Virus record (IMG/VR): IMGVR_UViG_3300017707_001811
Coordinates: 101,573 to 165,572 of that record
Reading direction: 5' to 3' (one strand)
Length of the DNA stretch: 64,000 nucleotides
Source of the DNA: a virus
Lineage: Duplodnaviria; Heunggongvirae; Uroviricota; Caudoviricetes
Numbering within the stretch: the first letter of the stretch is position 1; every line of letters begins with the position of its first letter. Of the stretch, positions 1 through 11,086 are shown piece by piece. The notes beneath the pieces were generated by a model. The model was not told where the DNA came from, ran no database searches, and saw nothing but the letters and a program-made list of their open reading frames with translations. The position numbers and the translations under genes were made by a program.

Positions 1-38
1 ATAAAGGTGAATCTAGATGGTGTACATCTTCACCTGGT

Positions 39-701
39 ATGTCCTATTGGAAAAATTATTTGAGTAGAGGCCCATTATATGTAATATTACCTAATGAATC
101 TTCTGATGTGGGTAAAGTATCTGGATTACCAGTTGAAAGATACCAATTCCAATTCCCTGATGCTCAATTTATGGACAGACATGACCGACAAATTGATTTA
201 GTTGGAATGTTAAATGGTAAACTATCTGAAGTTAAGGAGTATTTTAAACCTGAATTCGCAAAGGGACTTATGAAGTCTAATGAGAATAAGGCGGTAATCA
301 CCTATCCTGATAGTGCATCAGGTAAATTTGTTGCATTATACGGATTCGAGGAATTATTCAACTCATTCCCTGAAAGTTTAGAAAGTTTAGTAATTGAAAA
401 TAAATCCAGAGATAACGTTGCTTTAGATGTACCATCTAGTATTGGTAAATTTAAAAATTTAACAACATTAATGTTACAAAATATTGTAAGAACATTACCT
501 GAAGAAATTGGACAACTTACAAAATTAGACTTTTTATCACTACCTGATAATAAAGAATTAAAAGAATTACCTAATAGTATCGTTAATTTAGATAATATGA
601 CTTTTATAAATCTTAGAGGTAGTAACCCTGATATCAAAATACCTGAAGGAATCACTGAAAAATATGAAGATTTAGGTGGCGGATTTTGGTATACTGCGTA
701 A
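39..701 (+). CDS. leucine-rich-repeat (LRR) protein; reading frame is open to the window start so it may be 5'-partial
   Basis: Repeating LxxLxLxxNxL-type units (LTTLMLQNIVRTLPEEIGQLTKLDFLSLPDNKELKELPNSIVNLDNMTFINL). Confidence 0.5.
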   Translation: MSYWKNYLSRGPLYVILPNESSDVGKVSGLPVERYQFQFPDAQFMDRHDRQIDLVGMLNGKLSEVKEYFKPEFAKGLMKSNENKAVITYPDSASGKFVALYGFEELFNSFPESLESLVIENKSRDNVALDVPSSIGKFKNLTTLMLQNIVRTLPEEIGQLTKLDFLSLPDNKELKELPNSIVNLDNMTFINLRGSNPDIKIPEGITEKYEDLGGGFWYTA

Positions 702-735
702 TTTTTCATAAATTAGCAACTTAAATTAAGGTGCT

Positions 736-1035
736 ATGAAAACAAATGTTGACTGTGAAATTTATCTATCAAACTTCATAGGATTCTTTGATAAGAATCC
801 AAATGACTTGATTGCACTTATTGGGCAACATATGGACAAAAGTAAATTTTATGAGAAAGTTAGAACACAGGTATATTCAAATCATGAAAATGGTGATGAA
901 ATCACTTTAACACAAAAACAAATAATTGATATTTTGGTTAGTTTACATAATCAAAATAAAATTAAAAATTATGATTTGAATAAAGTCAAAATTCCTTTTC
1001 TTGAAACAAAGTACGGTAAGTTATTTTTAAATTAG
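736..1035 (+). CDS. hypothetical protein
   Basis: ORF in the co-directional gene array; no recognisable motif. Confidence 0.35.
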   Translation: MKTNVDCEIYLSNFIGFFDKNPNDLIALIGQHMDKSKFYEKVRTQVYSNHENGDEITLTQKQIIDILVSLHNQNKIKNYDLNKVKIPFLETKYGKLFLN

Positions 1036-1058
1036 TTTAATTTTATTATATTTTTTTT

Positions 1059-2675
1059 ATGATTAATTTGTTAAAAATTAAAAATGAAAGAGTATTCATT
1101 ACTGAATATCATGATTATTGTGACGTAAAACCTGAGGATAATTCACTGTTTGGATACAATATGGTAACTGGTGTAAAAAATGAATGGAAATTCAAAGGAA
1201 ATTATACTTGTACCGAAGAAAAAATAAAAGACTATGGTAATTTATTATGTTCAGTGAATATAATCAGACATACATTATGTTTAGATGAGAATGATGATAT
1301 CGTCTCTATAAGAGCTTATTTTTTCACTAAAAATAGAAGGGTCGGAAGTAGGTTTTTTAAAACTAATACAAATATGAAGTTTTTAACCTACAATAAAAAA
1401 ACAAAAAATTTTTATAATGGTAGTATGTTTAACTATCATTTAAAAAGAAAAAGGACATCATCTATTAAATGTAATTTCTTTTTTGATAATTTTTTTAATC
1501 ATGTCTACTATAGTTTTGCTAGAGTAAACCAAAATACGCCCCAACCAATATTAGAGTTTGATAAGTCCAAAGTTGATGAGATATTTCAAACTTTCCTGAG
1601 TAAAGTCGGTATTGAAAATGAGTTTAATAATAAAACATTTATTAATGATTTATTTGGTAAATTATTAGATGATAAAGGAATTAAAAAACCAAATAATTTC
1701 TATGCATTTAAATACTGTATACCTAGACCGACTAAAAAAATATATAAGAACAACAAAAATAAAATGGTTGAATCTTATATGGATATGTACGGGATTCATG
1801 GGGATAAAATGAAAAAAATTCTACATAATCTAAAAGAAATTAATTTAAAATTAATTAAACAAATAATTGATATTTTTGGGCATACTTATTTATCACAGAA
1901 ATCAGAGATTGATTTAATTTTATTTTATGAAAATATTATTAAGAATAATATATTTTTAGATAAAAATTTTATAGACCTCCTTTCAAAGAAAGAAAAAGAA
2001 AACTTTTTTAAATGTGTTTTAATAATTGACAATAACGTAGGTATTAATCAATGGTCATTTAATGACCACATGGTTTTTTATAAAAAAATACTAAAATACG
2101 AAAAAATAAAATGGAAATCTTTTGACCTAAATTCATTTAAGTCGGAACATATTGAGTATAGCGAAAAGAGTGAGTTTTATTCTAAAGGATATTATGTGAG
2201 AAATTATGATAATAAATTCAAAGATTATATCCAAGAAGAAATTGTTATAAATAACCAAACATATTGGCCAATTCTTCTTGAAGAGTATGAACAATATACA
2301 GAGGAAAGTTCACATCAATCAAACTGTGTTAAAACTTATAATTCAAGAGTTGATTCTGTAATAGTTTCTCTAAGAAACGAAAGTAATGATAGGTTAACAA
2401 TACAAATGATACCTAAAAAAAATAATAACGGTAAAATTTTTTGGAAAAACGCTCAAACTAGAGCAAAATTCAATGAAATGTATACGGAAGATTGGATATT
2501 ACCAATCACAATATTAGAAGAAAGATTTTCGACATCAAAATTTGAATTACCTGAATTTTTTTATGTTAATTATTTAGGTAAAAATAAAGTAAATGTTACA
2601 TTTAATGAAGTAATAGAAGAAACCTATGACAGTGGTCACATTAAACCAAATCAGTTTGATTTATTAAATTTTTAA
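1059..2675 (+). CDS. hypothetical protein (538 aa, Lys/Asn-rich)
   Basis: Long uninterrupted ORF; no recognisable motif. Confidence 0.5.
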   Translation: MINLLKIKNERVFITEYHDYCDVKPEDNSLFGYNMVTGVKNEWKFKGNYTCTEEKIKDYGNLLCSVNIIRHTLCLDENDDIVSIRAYFFTKNRRVGSRFFKTNTNMKFLTYNKKTKNFYNGSMFNYHLKRKRTSSIKCNFFFDNFFNHVYYSFARVNQNTPQPILEFDKSKVDEIFQTFLSKVGIENEFNNKTFINDLFGKLLDDKGIKKPNNFYAFKYCIPRPTKKIYKNNKNKMVESYMDMYGIHGDKMKKILHNLKEINLKLIKQIIDIFGHTYLSQKSEIDLILFYENIIKNNIFLDKNFIDLLSKKEKENFFKCVLIIDNNVGINQWSFNDHMVFYKKILKYEKIKWKSFDLNSFKSEHIEYSEKSEFYSKGYYVRNYDNKFKDYIQEEIVINNQTYWPILLEEYEQYTEESSHQSNCVKTYNSRVDSVIVSLRNESNDRLTIQMIPKKNNNGKIFWKNAQTRAKFNEMYTEDWILPITILEERFSTSKFELPEFFYVNYLGKNKVNVTFNEVIEETYDSGHIKPNQFDLLNF

Positions 2676-2676
2676 A

Positions 2677-3000
2677 ATGGATATAAAAGAAAAATATTTT
2701 ACTAAAGAAAAAGATTTTTTTGATAAATTTGGATTATTATCTGTAATCAATTACGAAGACTCACATAAACTAACCCCAAAGGAACTATCAAGTAAAAAAA
2801 ATACAGAATCTGTTTTAATAATATCTACGTATCAAAACGATAAAGAGTTTATTACTGACTATATTTGTTCAGTACAAAAAAAATTTTATATTTATTTGTC
2901 ATCTACTATTATGGAAAGTAGTTATAAATTAAGAATATATTATTCACCAAATGATATTGCTGAAATAAAAATGTTAATACAAAATTTAAAAAATGATTGA
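2677..3000 (+). CDS. hypothetical protein
   Basis: ORF abuts neighbours with 1-8 nt overlaps, as in a phage operon. Confidence 0.4.
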   Translation: MDIKEKYFTKEKDFFDKFGLLSVINYEDSHKLTPKELSSKKNTESVLIISTYQNDKEFITDYICSVQKKFYIYLSSTIMESSYKLRIYYSPNDIAEIKMLIQNLKND

Positions 3001-3295
3001 AGTATCACCTGAAGAATTAAAAGAAAAAATTCAAAATAAAGAGACCATGATGGTTGATTTTTACGCAACTTGGTGTATTCCATGTGGCAGACTTATTGAA
3101 GAACTTAATGACATTGACACAGAGGTTCCAGTATATAAGATAAACGTTGAGGATGACGTTGAGTTTTCAAAATCCTTAGGGATTAGGTCTGTACCCACCG
3201 TAAAAATATTCAAAGAGGGTCAACCAATATCAACAATGGTTGGATTTAAACCAAAAAGTGAGATAAAAAATATTTTATCTGAAAGTTTATCATGA
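2993..3295 (+). CDS. thioredoxin
   Basis: WCIPCG (CxxC) active site, cis-Pro SVPTV, about 100 aa thioredoxin fold pattern. Confidence 0.8.
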   Translation: MIEVSPEELKEKIQNKETMMVDFYATWCIPCGRLIEELNDIDTEVPVYKINVEDDVEFSKSLGIRSVPTVKIFKEGQPISTMVGFKPKSEIKNILSESLS

Positions 3296-3561
3296 ATAAG
3301 TTAGTGGTATATACAATGAAAGGTTGTCCTCATTGTGATGACTTTAAAAAAATGTTAAAAAATGAAAAAATAAAATTTACGAATAGAGATGTTGAAAAAC
3401 ATTCTGATGAGTATGAGTTATTTGTTAGTGTAACTAATGATTTTGTTCCAGCATTTATGATTATTAATATGGAGGAACCAAATAAATCTGAATTATTTGC
3501 ACCTGATTTACATTTTAATGATTTAGAAGAAGGTTTGAAAATTATTAAAGAAAAATTATAA
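3292..3561 (+). CDS. glutaredoxin/NrdH-like redoxin
   Basis: N-terminal VVYTMKGCPHCDDFKKML (CPxC) in an 89-aa protein, start overlapping the thioredoxin stop. Confidence 0.6.
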   Translation: MNKLVVYTMKGCPHCDDFKKMLKNEKIKFTNRDVEKHSDEYELFVSVTNDFVPAFMIINMEEPNKSELFAPDLHFNDLEEGLKIIKEKL

Positions 3562-4089
3562 ATGAGAGAATTAACATTTAGAAAAAAAGGGGTGGTCCAC
3601 ACCCCTTTGGTTTATTGGGAAATTGATAAAAATAATAAAATAGCGATATATCAGGGAGGTAGAGGTGCTCGTCCTGATTTGGACTTCATTGTTAAACATA
3701 AACAAGAAGGTAAAAAATTAAGAACACCGTCACATACTCATTGGATTGTAGATTTAATTGCTAAAGCTCAATACGATAAAGGTAGAGTTAAATCCTATGT
3801 TGAGGATATGATACAAATGTATGACGAGTGTGAACCATTTAAGGACGAAGAAGAGAGAAACAATTACAAGTTACAATGCCCTACCAAGTATTGGATGAAA
3901 CACATTATGCTTGAAGATAAAGGATATTATCCGATACAAGTATTGACAGCCTTTATTGAATTATTTTCTAAATGTGAAAAACAAACACCTGGAGCATTTA
4001 TGTTTAGAAACCTACTAACATTAGTTAAGGATTATTGTGAAGGTAAGAAAGATTTTTATCAGGTCGTAGGGTACTCTAAAAGAGTTTAA
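3562..4089 (+). CDS. hypothetical protein
   Basis: ORF only. Confidence 0.4.
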   Translation: MRELTFRKKGVVHTPLVYWEIDKNNKIAIYQGGRGARPDLDFIVKHKQEGKKLRTPSHTHWIVDLIAKAQYDKGRVKSYVEDMIQMYDECEPFKDEEERNNYKLQCPTKYWMKHIMLEDKGYYPIQVLTAFIELFSKCEKQTPGAFMFRNLLTLVKDYCEGKKDFYQVVGYSKRV

Positions 4090-4811
4090 ATTACCTGAAA
4101 AAAACTGTTTTCTTTAATTTTTAACCATGGTCTATAATTTTGGTCTATTAAATAATATTTCATGAAATCATGAGATTTAATAATCTCGTTAATTTCTAAT
4201 ACATCCATTTCAAAATTATCCATAATGATTGATTTAAGTTTTGATGATGGATATATTGAATCGGAAATAATGTTAATAATATTAATCGTACCGTTATTGT
4301 GCTCCTCGATTTCGAATTCAATAAAATTATAATTAAAATGGTTTTGTATATTGTATGCAATCATTTCCAAGTATAGGTATAAATTTTTTAAATAATATTT
4401 TGAATACCCAAACGGAAATTTAGAATTGACGGATGATTCGTAAGATATATAATTAGATTTATTTACATACTGAAAATCTTTATTAAATCTAATTTTAATT
4501 TTTTTTTCTTTAAGTTTACTTTTATCAAAATAAGAAATTAAGTCTAAAGTGTTAATATTCTCAATATTCATAAAATTAAATTCAGACTTATACTTAGAAA
4601 TAAACTGATTAACTAATTCTTGAGATGTTAATACGTTTGGAGATTCGGTAATACCCTTTAAAATAATTAAAGATTCAAAATCAGATACTCCTATAACTGT
4701 ATTGAATTTCCCATTTTCACTTATTTTCTCACATAAAAATTCAGAAAAAAGATTACAAAATCCCTGTCTACTATCAATTAAAAAACTATTCATATACAAA
4801 TTTAAAAACAA
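4086..4811 (-). CDS. hypothetical protein
   Basis: Minus-strand ORF forming a 2-gene minus block with 4835..6238. Confidence 0.45.
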   Translation of the reverse strand: MFLNLYMNSFLIDSRQGFCNLFSEFLCEKISENGKFNTVIGVSDFESLIILKGITESPNVLTSQELVNQFISKYKSEFNFMNIENINTLDLISYFDKSKLKEKKIKIRFNKDFQYVNKSNYISYESSVNSKFPFGYSKYYLKNLYLYLEMIAYNIQNHFNYNFIEFEIEEHNNGTINIINIISDSIYPSSKLKSIIMDNFEMDVLEINEIIKSHDFMKYYLIDQNYRPWLKIKENSFFQVI

Positions 4812-4834
4812 AAAAAAACAGTATAAATAGTAAT

Positions 4835-6238
4835 TTAAAAATAATCTCCTATTGAATAATTAATACAATTATCGACCTGACTTGAGTTAGGGTAATCGTC
4901 TAATCTTGGTACTCTTAATGATTCACGAGCTCCATCATCTATTAAATCTTTTAGTAATCTACCGTAACTACCAAAATACTCAATTGTATCACAATGAATT
5001 CCATCACAATCCTTGTTTTCAGTTAACCATTCCGAAACAACTTCATATACACATTTTGTGGCTTTGTATCTTGTTCCGTAAAATGTTTTAGATACTTGTT
5101 TACCTTCTTTATCCCAAACTTGTTTTTTGTATGAATACTCATCTCGTTTGTTGTCATCAATTACAAAACCAACTAGTTCAGACATTAAACTATCATACCA
5201 TTCATCAGTTAATGTTCCTTCATAACAACCGTGATAGATATCATATAAATCACTTCGTATATCATCTAATTCCTTATTAATTAGGTACTCAATAGTATCA
5301 TCATCACCAAGTATACGAGAGATGACCTCATCAGTTAATTCAACATCATCACGACCTTGTTCCTGAGCAATTTCTTCAAGTAATTCAGTATCGGTACCGA
5401 TTGTTTTCATATCTTTAAGTTCAGATGTAATTCTTTCATTAACCAATTTTTTATTTTCATTAGTTAACTCATCATATACGTCTCTATAAACATCATCAGT
5501 CACATCCCAAAAACTCACATCATACTCACCATTTAAAATACTCTCAATTGAATCACTACTAATTTCATTACGATATGACGTATTGAAAAACCCTGAAAGT
5601 TCACCTGAAGATGTGTCAAAATAATAATCACTTCCTATTTTTATAATATCTGAAAGATATTCATCAACTATTCTCCAAACAAAAGAACTATCATTTTCAT
5701 AAAACGCATAAAATAATCGATTTTGGTAATCTTCATATATTGGATTAAATGGGTCTATCCTATTTAATAAACCTTTTTTACTTAAAATTTCGAAATAATT
5801 TTCGATACCACCAAAAAACTTATCAAAAAATTCAATACCTTCATCATCCTCTAATTTCTTTATAATTTTTAAAAATTTTTCATCTTTTTCTGACAAGTTT
5901 TCTTCATTTTGTTCTTTTATATTTTTCTTTTTTAAAAATTTGAGTAATGGTTTTTCATCTGTAACGTCTGCTCGACTAGATAATTTTGAAAATTCATCAC
6001 TCTTTTTCTTATAGTCCCAGTGGTCAGGTAAATCTTCAGAATCAATGACTTTATCATAAACAACATCATCACTTAATGGAACCAAGTCCAATTCTGGATG
6101 AGCAATATATATACCTTTATTACCCCAATCCCAAACTCTTGTTGGTTTATTTAATAACTTTCTAAAATGTTTATTAGAAAAAAAGTTATCTTGGTTATAA
6201 CCTCTAATAATTATGTAATCACCTGTCTGTAAAGTCAT
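4835..6238 (-). CDS. hypothetical acidic protein (467 aa)
   Basis: Long ORF rich in D/E; a divergent AT-rich promoter region follows at 6239-6613. Confidence 0.5.
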   Translation of the reverse strand: MTLQTGDYIIIRGYNQDNFFSNKHFRKLLNKPTRVWDWGNKGIYIAHPELDLVPLSDDVVYDKVIDSEDLPDHWDYKKKSDEFSKLSSRADVTDEKPLLKFLKKKNIKEQNEENLSEKDEKFLKIIKKLEDDEGIEFFDKFFGGIENYFEILSKKGLLNRIDPFNPIYEDYQNRLFYAFYENDSSFVWRIVDEYLSDIIKIGSDYYFDTSSGELSGFFNTSYRNEISSDSIESILNGEYDVSFWDVTDDVYRDVYDELTNENKKLVNERITSELKDMKTIGTDTELLEEIAQEQGRDDVELTDEVISRILGDDDTIEYLINKELDDIRSDLYDIYHGCYEGTLTDEWYDSLMSELVGFVIDDNKRDEYSYKKQVWDKEGKQVSKTFYGTRYKATKCVYEVVSEWLTENKDCDGIHCDTIEYFGSYGRLLKDLIDDGARESLRVPRLDDYPNSSQVDNCINYSIGDYF

Positions 6239-6613
6239 ATTAATAAATATAAAAAAAGGGGAAAATAACTTCCCCTTGTAATCTAGATTAATTTTTTGGT
6301 TTTATTGGATTATTTTCCACATCCGCAACCACCACCACCGTTTTTCATAGCGCTATTTTTTTTTTAATGGTTTATTACTTATAAATATTTTTATTTTTTG
6401 TTTTTGTTGTAGTATTTCTCAATAACCTTTTTAACAGAGTCTTGTGAAGATGTATTCTTTTGAGGTAAAGGTTGTTGATTTGACTGATTTTGCTTATTTT
6501 TACATGAACACCCCATAATATTAGAATATTAATTTTTATTATATATAAATATTTCACTAAGATATTAAAAGGAAATAGTAAGTGGATTTATATATTTATA
6601 AATAAAAACAATA

Positions 6614-7954
6614 ATGAATTATCATTTAAAGAAAATTTTAAAATCTATTATAAGTGAACAGGATGAAAATGAATACATTTTTATCCAACCACAAGAACTT
6701 ATTGATATGTTAAAATTCGTATCCTATGACGTTAATGCTTTAAGTAAGTTAAAAAAATACAGAAACAAAAATATAGTAGTTCAAGGAAACTTGAATCTAA
6801 GCGGATTACCAATTAAGTCATTGAGTCCAATTAAAAAAATAGAGGGAAGACTTGATATTTCAAATACAAAAGTATCTAGTATAGATGGTATTGAAGTTAC
6901 AGGGTATGTGACAGATTATGGGACACCAATTGAGTCTAAACGAAAGGCTAAAATTAGAGCGGAGAAAATTTCAGGAGCTAACGCAAGAAGAGAAGACAAT
7001 GAATGGGATTTAGAAGTTTACAATGACGAAGAAAGTTTATATGCAAATGTTTTGTTTGATTATCTAGAATCGGATATTGATGAAATTGTTAGACCTAAAA
7101 ATTATTCTGAATTATTGAGTAATTTACAGACTAAAAGAAGTAATTTAGAATATGACCAAGAACAATTAGAAGATGTTAATAGTAGTGAATACAACGAGAT
7201 ACAAGAAAAAATTGATGAAATAGACACTGAAATTGAAGAATTGGAAGATAGTGTAGATGTGTATTTTTTAATACCCAGTAAATACACGCATTACGGGTTA
7301 ACAGTATTTGAAGTATTAATACCATCAAAAGAAGGAGAAGAATATACTGTTGGTACTGAAAGAGATATGGACAATGCTATTAGGGATTATCAAGAAGAAT
7401 ATTTTAATGAACATGGTGTTAATGGTTACCGAAGAGACTTTTGGTTAAATTATATCGATTTAGATAGGATTTATGATGATGCATTAGAAGTTTATGAGAG
7501 TGATGTTAGAGACAATCCTGATTCATATTTGAGTGATAGTGATAAAGAATTGAGTCAAGAACAATTAGATGAGATTAAAAAATTGGAAGAGGAAAAAGAT
7601 GAACTTGAATCACAACTTCATGACTTGGAACCTGGGGATGATGAGTATGATAATATTGGAGATAGAATTAATGAAATAGATATTGAAATAGGTGAAATTG
7701 AAGATTCTCCAGATGGCGAATATAATGATAGTGCGATAGAAGAGAAGGCCGAAGAACTTGCAAGTTATTACAGAGATAATCCCGAAGAATTTGCTGGAAA
7801 CATGGGATATGATTTGTCAGAATACATTGACAAAGAAGAATTAATAGAGGCTTCAATTTCTGAGGATGGGTATGGTAACATGAATCATTATGATAATGAT
7901 TATGATAGTTTTGAATTTAATGGTGAAACTTATTATATAATGAGAATAACATGA
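6614..7954 (+). CDS. hypothetical acidic coiled-coil protein
   Basis: Long ORF with E/D-rich heptad-like segments. Confidence 0.5.
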   Translation: MNYHLKKILKSIISEQDENEYIFIQPQELIDMLKFVSYDVNALSKLKKYRNKNIVVQGNLNLSGLPIKSLSPIKKIEGRLDISNTKVSSIDGIEVTGYVTDYGTPIESKRKAKIRAEKISGANARREDNEWDLEVYNDEESLYANVLFDYLESDIDEIVRPKNYSELLSNLQTKRSNLEYDQEQLEDVNSSEYNEIQEKIDEIDTEIEELEDSVDVYFLIPSKYTHYGLTVFEVLIPSKEGEEYTVGTERDMDNAIRDYQEEYFNEHGVNGYRRDFWLNYIDLDRIYDDALEVYESDVRDNPDSYLSDSDKELSQEQLDEIKKLEEEKDELESQLHDLEPGDDEYDNIGDRINEIDIEIGEIEDSPDGEYNDSAIEEKAEELASYYRDNPEEFAGNMGYDLSEYIDKEELIEASISEDGYGNMNHYDNDYDSFEFNGETYYIMRIT

Positions 7955-8709
7955 TTAAAGATATTGTTAAAAATAAAAAAACAAATTTTAAAATGGATAC
8001 AGATTGGATATTCACAGAGCCAATCGATTTAGAACATAAACAATATATGTTACTAGATTTCTTAAAATATTGTGATAAAAAAATTGATAAATTTGAACTT
8101 TACCCAATGTATACTGAATTATCAGTTCACCTTGCAAATTTACAATCAATTTCTAGTGATTTTAAAATGATTTATTTTGAAAGAAAATTGGAAAACGTTG
8201 ACGACGAAGTTTTATTATCTGATTTAAAATTTAGACCTATACAAATAACAAATGAGGAAGATTTAATTGAATATGATAAGATTTTAAAATATTCAGGGCA
8301 AAAAATATTAGACTATTTTAATATAGTTAAAGCTTTGTGGACTTTGATATACGATACAGTATCAATTAAAATAATTAAAAACGATAGAAACATTTCAGAA
8401 CTTACTGGATATTTTTTTTATGAAAAAGAAGGTACTAAAAAAATTTGGAAATATATTATAGATAAGAAGGATAATCTTACAATTGATAATAAAGTTTACA
8501 CTAGAGAATTGATTAATTTTAATAACAATGATTGTGTAGAATCGATAATATATAATTCTGAAAACGTTAAGAAATTACCAATTTTTGAATTAAAGGCAAC
8601 TAATGAATTTCCGATGGAAAGTACATTGTTACCTATTTTCAAAAGGAAAGTTTTGAATTATACTATACAAAAGGGCATCATAAAAAATCTGAGGAATGGG
8701 ATTCAATAA
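7951..8709 (+). CDS. hypothetical protein
   Basis: ORF overlapping the previous stop (ATGA). Confidence 0.45.
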   Translation: MIKDIVKNKKTNFKMDTDWIFTEPIDLEHKQYMLLDFLKYCDKKIDKFELYPMYTELSVHLANLQSISSDFKMIYFERKLENVDDEVLLSDLKFRPIQITNEEDLIEYDKILKYSGQKILDYFNIVKALWTLIYDTVSIKIIKNDRNISELTGYFFYEKEGTKKIWKYIIDKKDNLTIDNKVYTRELINFNNNDCVESIIYNSENVKKLPIFELKATNEFPMESTLLPIFKRKVLNYTIQKGIIKNLRNGIQ

Positions 8710-8837
8710 AAAAATAGTTGGAGAACAAGAAATTATTTTTTTAACAGATAATCCTAGTGTTATTGAATTTTATTTAAAATGTGATGTTATTTTTTTTTCT
8801 AATGAAAAAGTACAAATAAAATTTAATAAAATAAAAG

Positions 8838-9041
8838 ATGATTACATTAAGAGAACAAGTTTTAAATAAGTTAAGAACTGAAATTCACGTATCATTTATA
8901 AGTGAAGTTATTTTAAAATTACCTATGGATAAAACAATTGAACTTATGGAAGATTTAGTTTCCGATGGTTTTATTGATAATTTGGGAAATGGTTACTACA
9001 TTTTAAAAAAAAATAAAAATGGAAAAATTCAAAACATTTGA
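8838..9041 (+). CDS. hypothetical small protein
   Basis: ORF only. Confidence 0.3.
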   Translation: MITLREQVLNKLRTEIHVSFISEVILKLPMDKTIELMEDLVSDGFIDNLGNGYYILKKNKNGKIQNI

Positions 9042-9426
9042 ACCCTTAAAGTCTAATAGATGGATAATCTCATTTAACGATGAGGTAAAAGTACCTCCAT
9101 ACCAGTTCAGTAAGTATAAACTTAAAAACGAAGGAGAAAATCTTATATTAACAACATCAATGTATAACACTGTTGTTTATTCTTTTAATCCTGCTGACCT
9201 ATATAAAATAACCGATGTTAAGATTGAATATTTAGACCCAATCGGTGAAGTGGTTAATGGGTTGTTGTTACCTGTTAAAGGTTCAAATCTTGAGATTAAA
9301 TGTTCATATAAAGATGATAATCTTATGTTTACAAAATTAAGATTTGTTATCGATACTAGCAAGATGACACCAATCTATAAAAATACAATTGAAACAAATT
9401 ATGATGGAACAGAAGGAAATGGTTAA
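9019..9426 (+). CDS. hypothetical protein
   Basis: ORF only. Confidence 0.4.
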   Translation: MEKFKTFEPLKSNRWIISFNDEVKVPPYQFSKYKLKNEGENLILTTSMYNTVVYSFNPADLYKITDVKIEYLDPIGEVVNGLLLPVKGSNLEIKCSYKDDNLMFTKLRFVIDTSKMTPIYKNTIETNYDGTEGNG

Positions 9427-9640
9427 TAACCCAGAACATTATGGGGGTGCGGAAAATGTTTATGAAGTTGTTAAAGTTTGTGAGGCGTGGGGGTTAGATA
9501 AGGATGCGTACCTTTTTAATGTTGTTAAGTATATTGGAAGGGCGGGTAAAAAAGAATCAGACAAAGAATTACAGGATTTGAAGAAAGCCGCTTGGTACCT
9601 TAATAGAAGAATCGAAAACATAGAAAAATTATTAAAATGA
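9389..9640 (+). CDS. DUF3310-family phage protein (true start probably an internal Met near 9419)
   Basis: NPEHYGG...WGLD...FNVVKYIGRAGKKE...DLKKAAWYLNRRIE matches the DUF3310 pattern common in phages. Confidence 0.6.
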   Translation: MKQIMMEQKEMVNNPEHYGGAENVYEVVKVCEAWGLDKDAYLFNVVKYIGRAGKKESDKELQDLKKAAWYLNRRIENIEKLLK

Positions 9641-9796
9641 TAACATTTATTGTTAGTTATGTTTTATCATCATTAATTTTATTCTCTTTAATTTTATTAG
9701 GTGAATACTATTCAAACAAAAAACCAAATAGTAAATTTAATATTTGGTGGAACAAACACATAATTACGAAAATATCTAAAGAAGAGGAAGATTATT

Positions 9797-10666
9797 ATGA
9801 TTGAAAATTACGTAAATAGAGTAATCAACGGGGATTGTATTGAGGTTATGGGTAACATGCCAGAATCATCAGTTGATTTGATTGTTACATCACCTCCATA
9901 CGGAGTAAACATTAATTATGATGTTCATGATGATGATATGGAAATAAATGAGTATTTGGATTTTACTCGTAAATGGATGACTAATGCTTATAAAATCTTG
10001 AAAGACGATGGACGAATTGCTTTAAACATACCATATGAAATAAACAGACAAGAAAAAGGTGGTAGAATTTTTTTGGTATCTGAAGTATATCAGGTTATGA
10101 AGGAAATTGGGTTTAAGTTCTTTGGTGTTGTTGATTTAGAAGAAGATAGTCCTCACAGAAGTAAAACAACTGCTTGGGGTAGTTGGATGAGCCCGTCTAG
10201 CCCTTACATATATAATCCTAAAGAATGTGTAATACTTGCATACAAGAAAAACCACATTAAAAAAGTTAAAGGAGTGCCACAATGGAATGGAGTTCCAACT
10301 AAAATTGAACAAGAAGATGGAACATTCAAGACAAAGGTAGTTTATCAGGAAAAAGACAAAAAAGAATTTATGGAACTTGTGTTCGGACAGTGGAAATACT
10401 TAAACGACTCAAGACCAATGACAAAAGCAACATTTTCAATGGATATCCCAACTAAGGCTATTAAGATATTGTCATACAAGAATGATATTATATTAGACCC
10501 ATTTAATGGGAGTGGGACCAGCTGCGTAGCTGCTGAAACACTTGACCGAAGATGGATTGGAATTGAGTTATCACCAAACTACACTGAAATTTCAAGGCAA
10601 AGAATACAAGCATTTGTTGACCAAAAAAAACAACAAAAAATTGAATTTGAAACTGGAGGTAATTAA
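9797..10666 (+). CDS. DNA methyltransferase (N4-cytosine/N6-adenine, beta class), orphan
   Basis: Motif IV DLIVTSPPY precedes motif I ILDPFNGSGTS; no restriction enzyme nearby. Confidence 0.85.
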   Translation: MIENYVNRVINGDCIEVMGNMPESSVDLIVTSPPYGVNINYDVHDDDMEINEYLDFTRKWMTNAYKILKDDGRIALNIPYEINRQEKGGRIFLVSEVYQVMKEIGFKFFGVVDLEEDSPHRSKTTAWGSWMSPSSPYIYNPKECVILAYKKNHIKKVKGVPQWNGVPTKIEQEDGTFKTKVVYQEKDKKEFMELVFGQWKYLNDSRPMTKATFSMDIPTKAIKILSYKNDIILDPFNGSGTSCVAAETLDRRWIGIELSPNYTEISRQRIQAFVDQKKQQKIEFETGGN

Positions 10667-10711
10667 CCTCCATTTTTTTTTAATATGATGGTATTTATTA
10701 AATAAAAGTTT

Positions 10712-11086
10712 ATGATGGATAATTCAGAAATAATTAAAAAATTAGTAGAATCACAAATACAACTAAAATTCTTACACTGGCAAACAAAATCTTATGCTAA
10801 ACACAAAGCTTATGGTGAGTTATATGAAAGTTTAGGAGAATTAATTGATGATTTTGTTGAGGCTTGTATGGGTAAACACGGAAGACCATCATACGAAGGT
10901 GGATATACCATACAGGGACAAGACATTTCTGAAATATCTGTTCAAAATTTTATCGACGGAGTTTGTATTTTCTTAATACAATTAACTGAAGTATTTGACC
11001 CACAAGAGGATTCAGACCTTTTAAATTTGAGAGATGAAATGTTACATGGGTTCAATAAATTAAAGTATCTCCTAACATTAGAATGA
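10712..11086 (+). CDS. hypothetical protein
   Basis: ORF only. Confidence 0.4.
   Translation: MMDNSEIIKKLVESQIQLKFLHWQTKSYAKHKAYGELYESLGELIDDFVEACMGKHGRPSYEGGYTIQGQDISEISVQNFIDGVCIFLIQLTEVFDPQEDSDLLNLRDEMLHGFNKLKYLLTLE

Noticed and set aside
302-709. Antisense ORFs fully embedded in longer, better-supported genes (302..709-, 3330..3602-, 4906..5091+, 7102..7287-, 11556..11774-, 19756..20322-, 23235..23573-, 28572..28850-, 33153..33368-, 48355..48789-, 53009..53752+ and similar).
   Set aside because: Low-complexity or AT-driven frames overlapping motif-bearing genes on the opposite strand; treated as spurious.
6306-6344. Minus-strand mini-ORF encoding MKNGGGGCGCGK in the divergent promoter region (RiPP-like Gly/Cys peptide?).
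   Set aside because: 12 codons, no adjacent modification enzyme, and it overlaps a (CCA)4 simple repeat; most likely non-coding.
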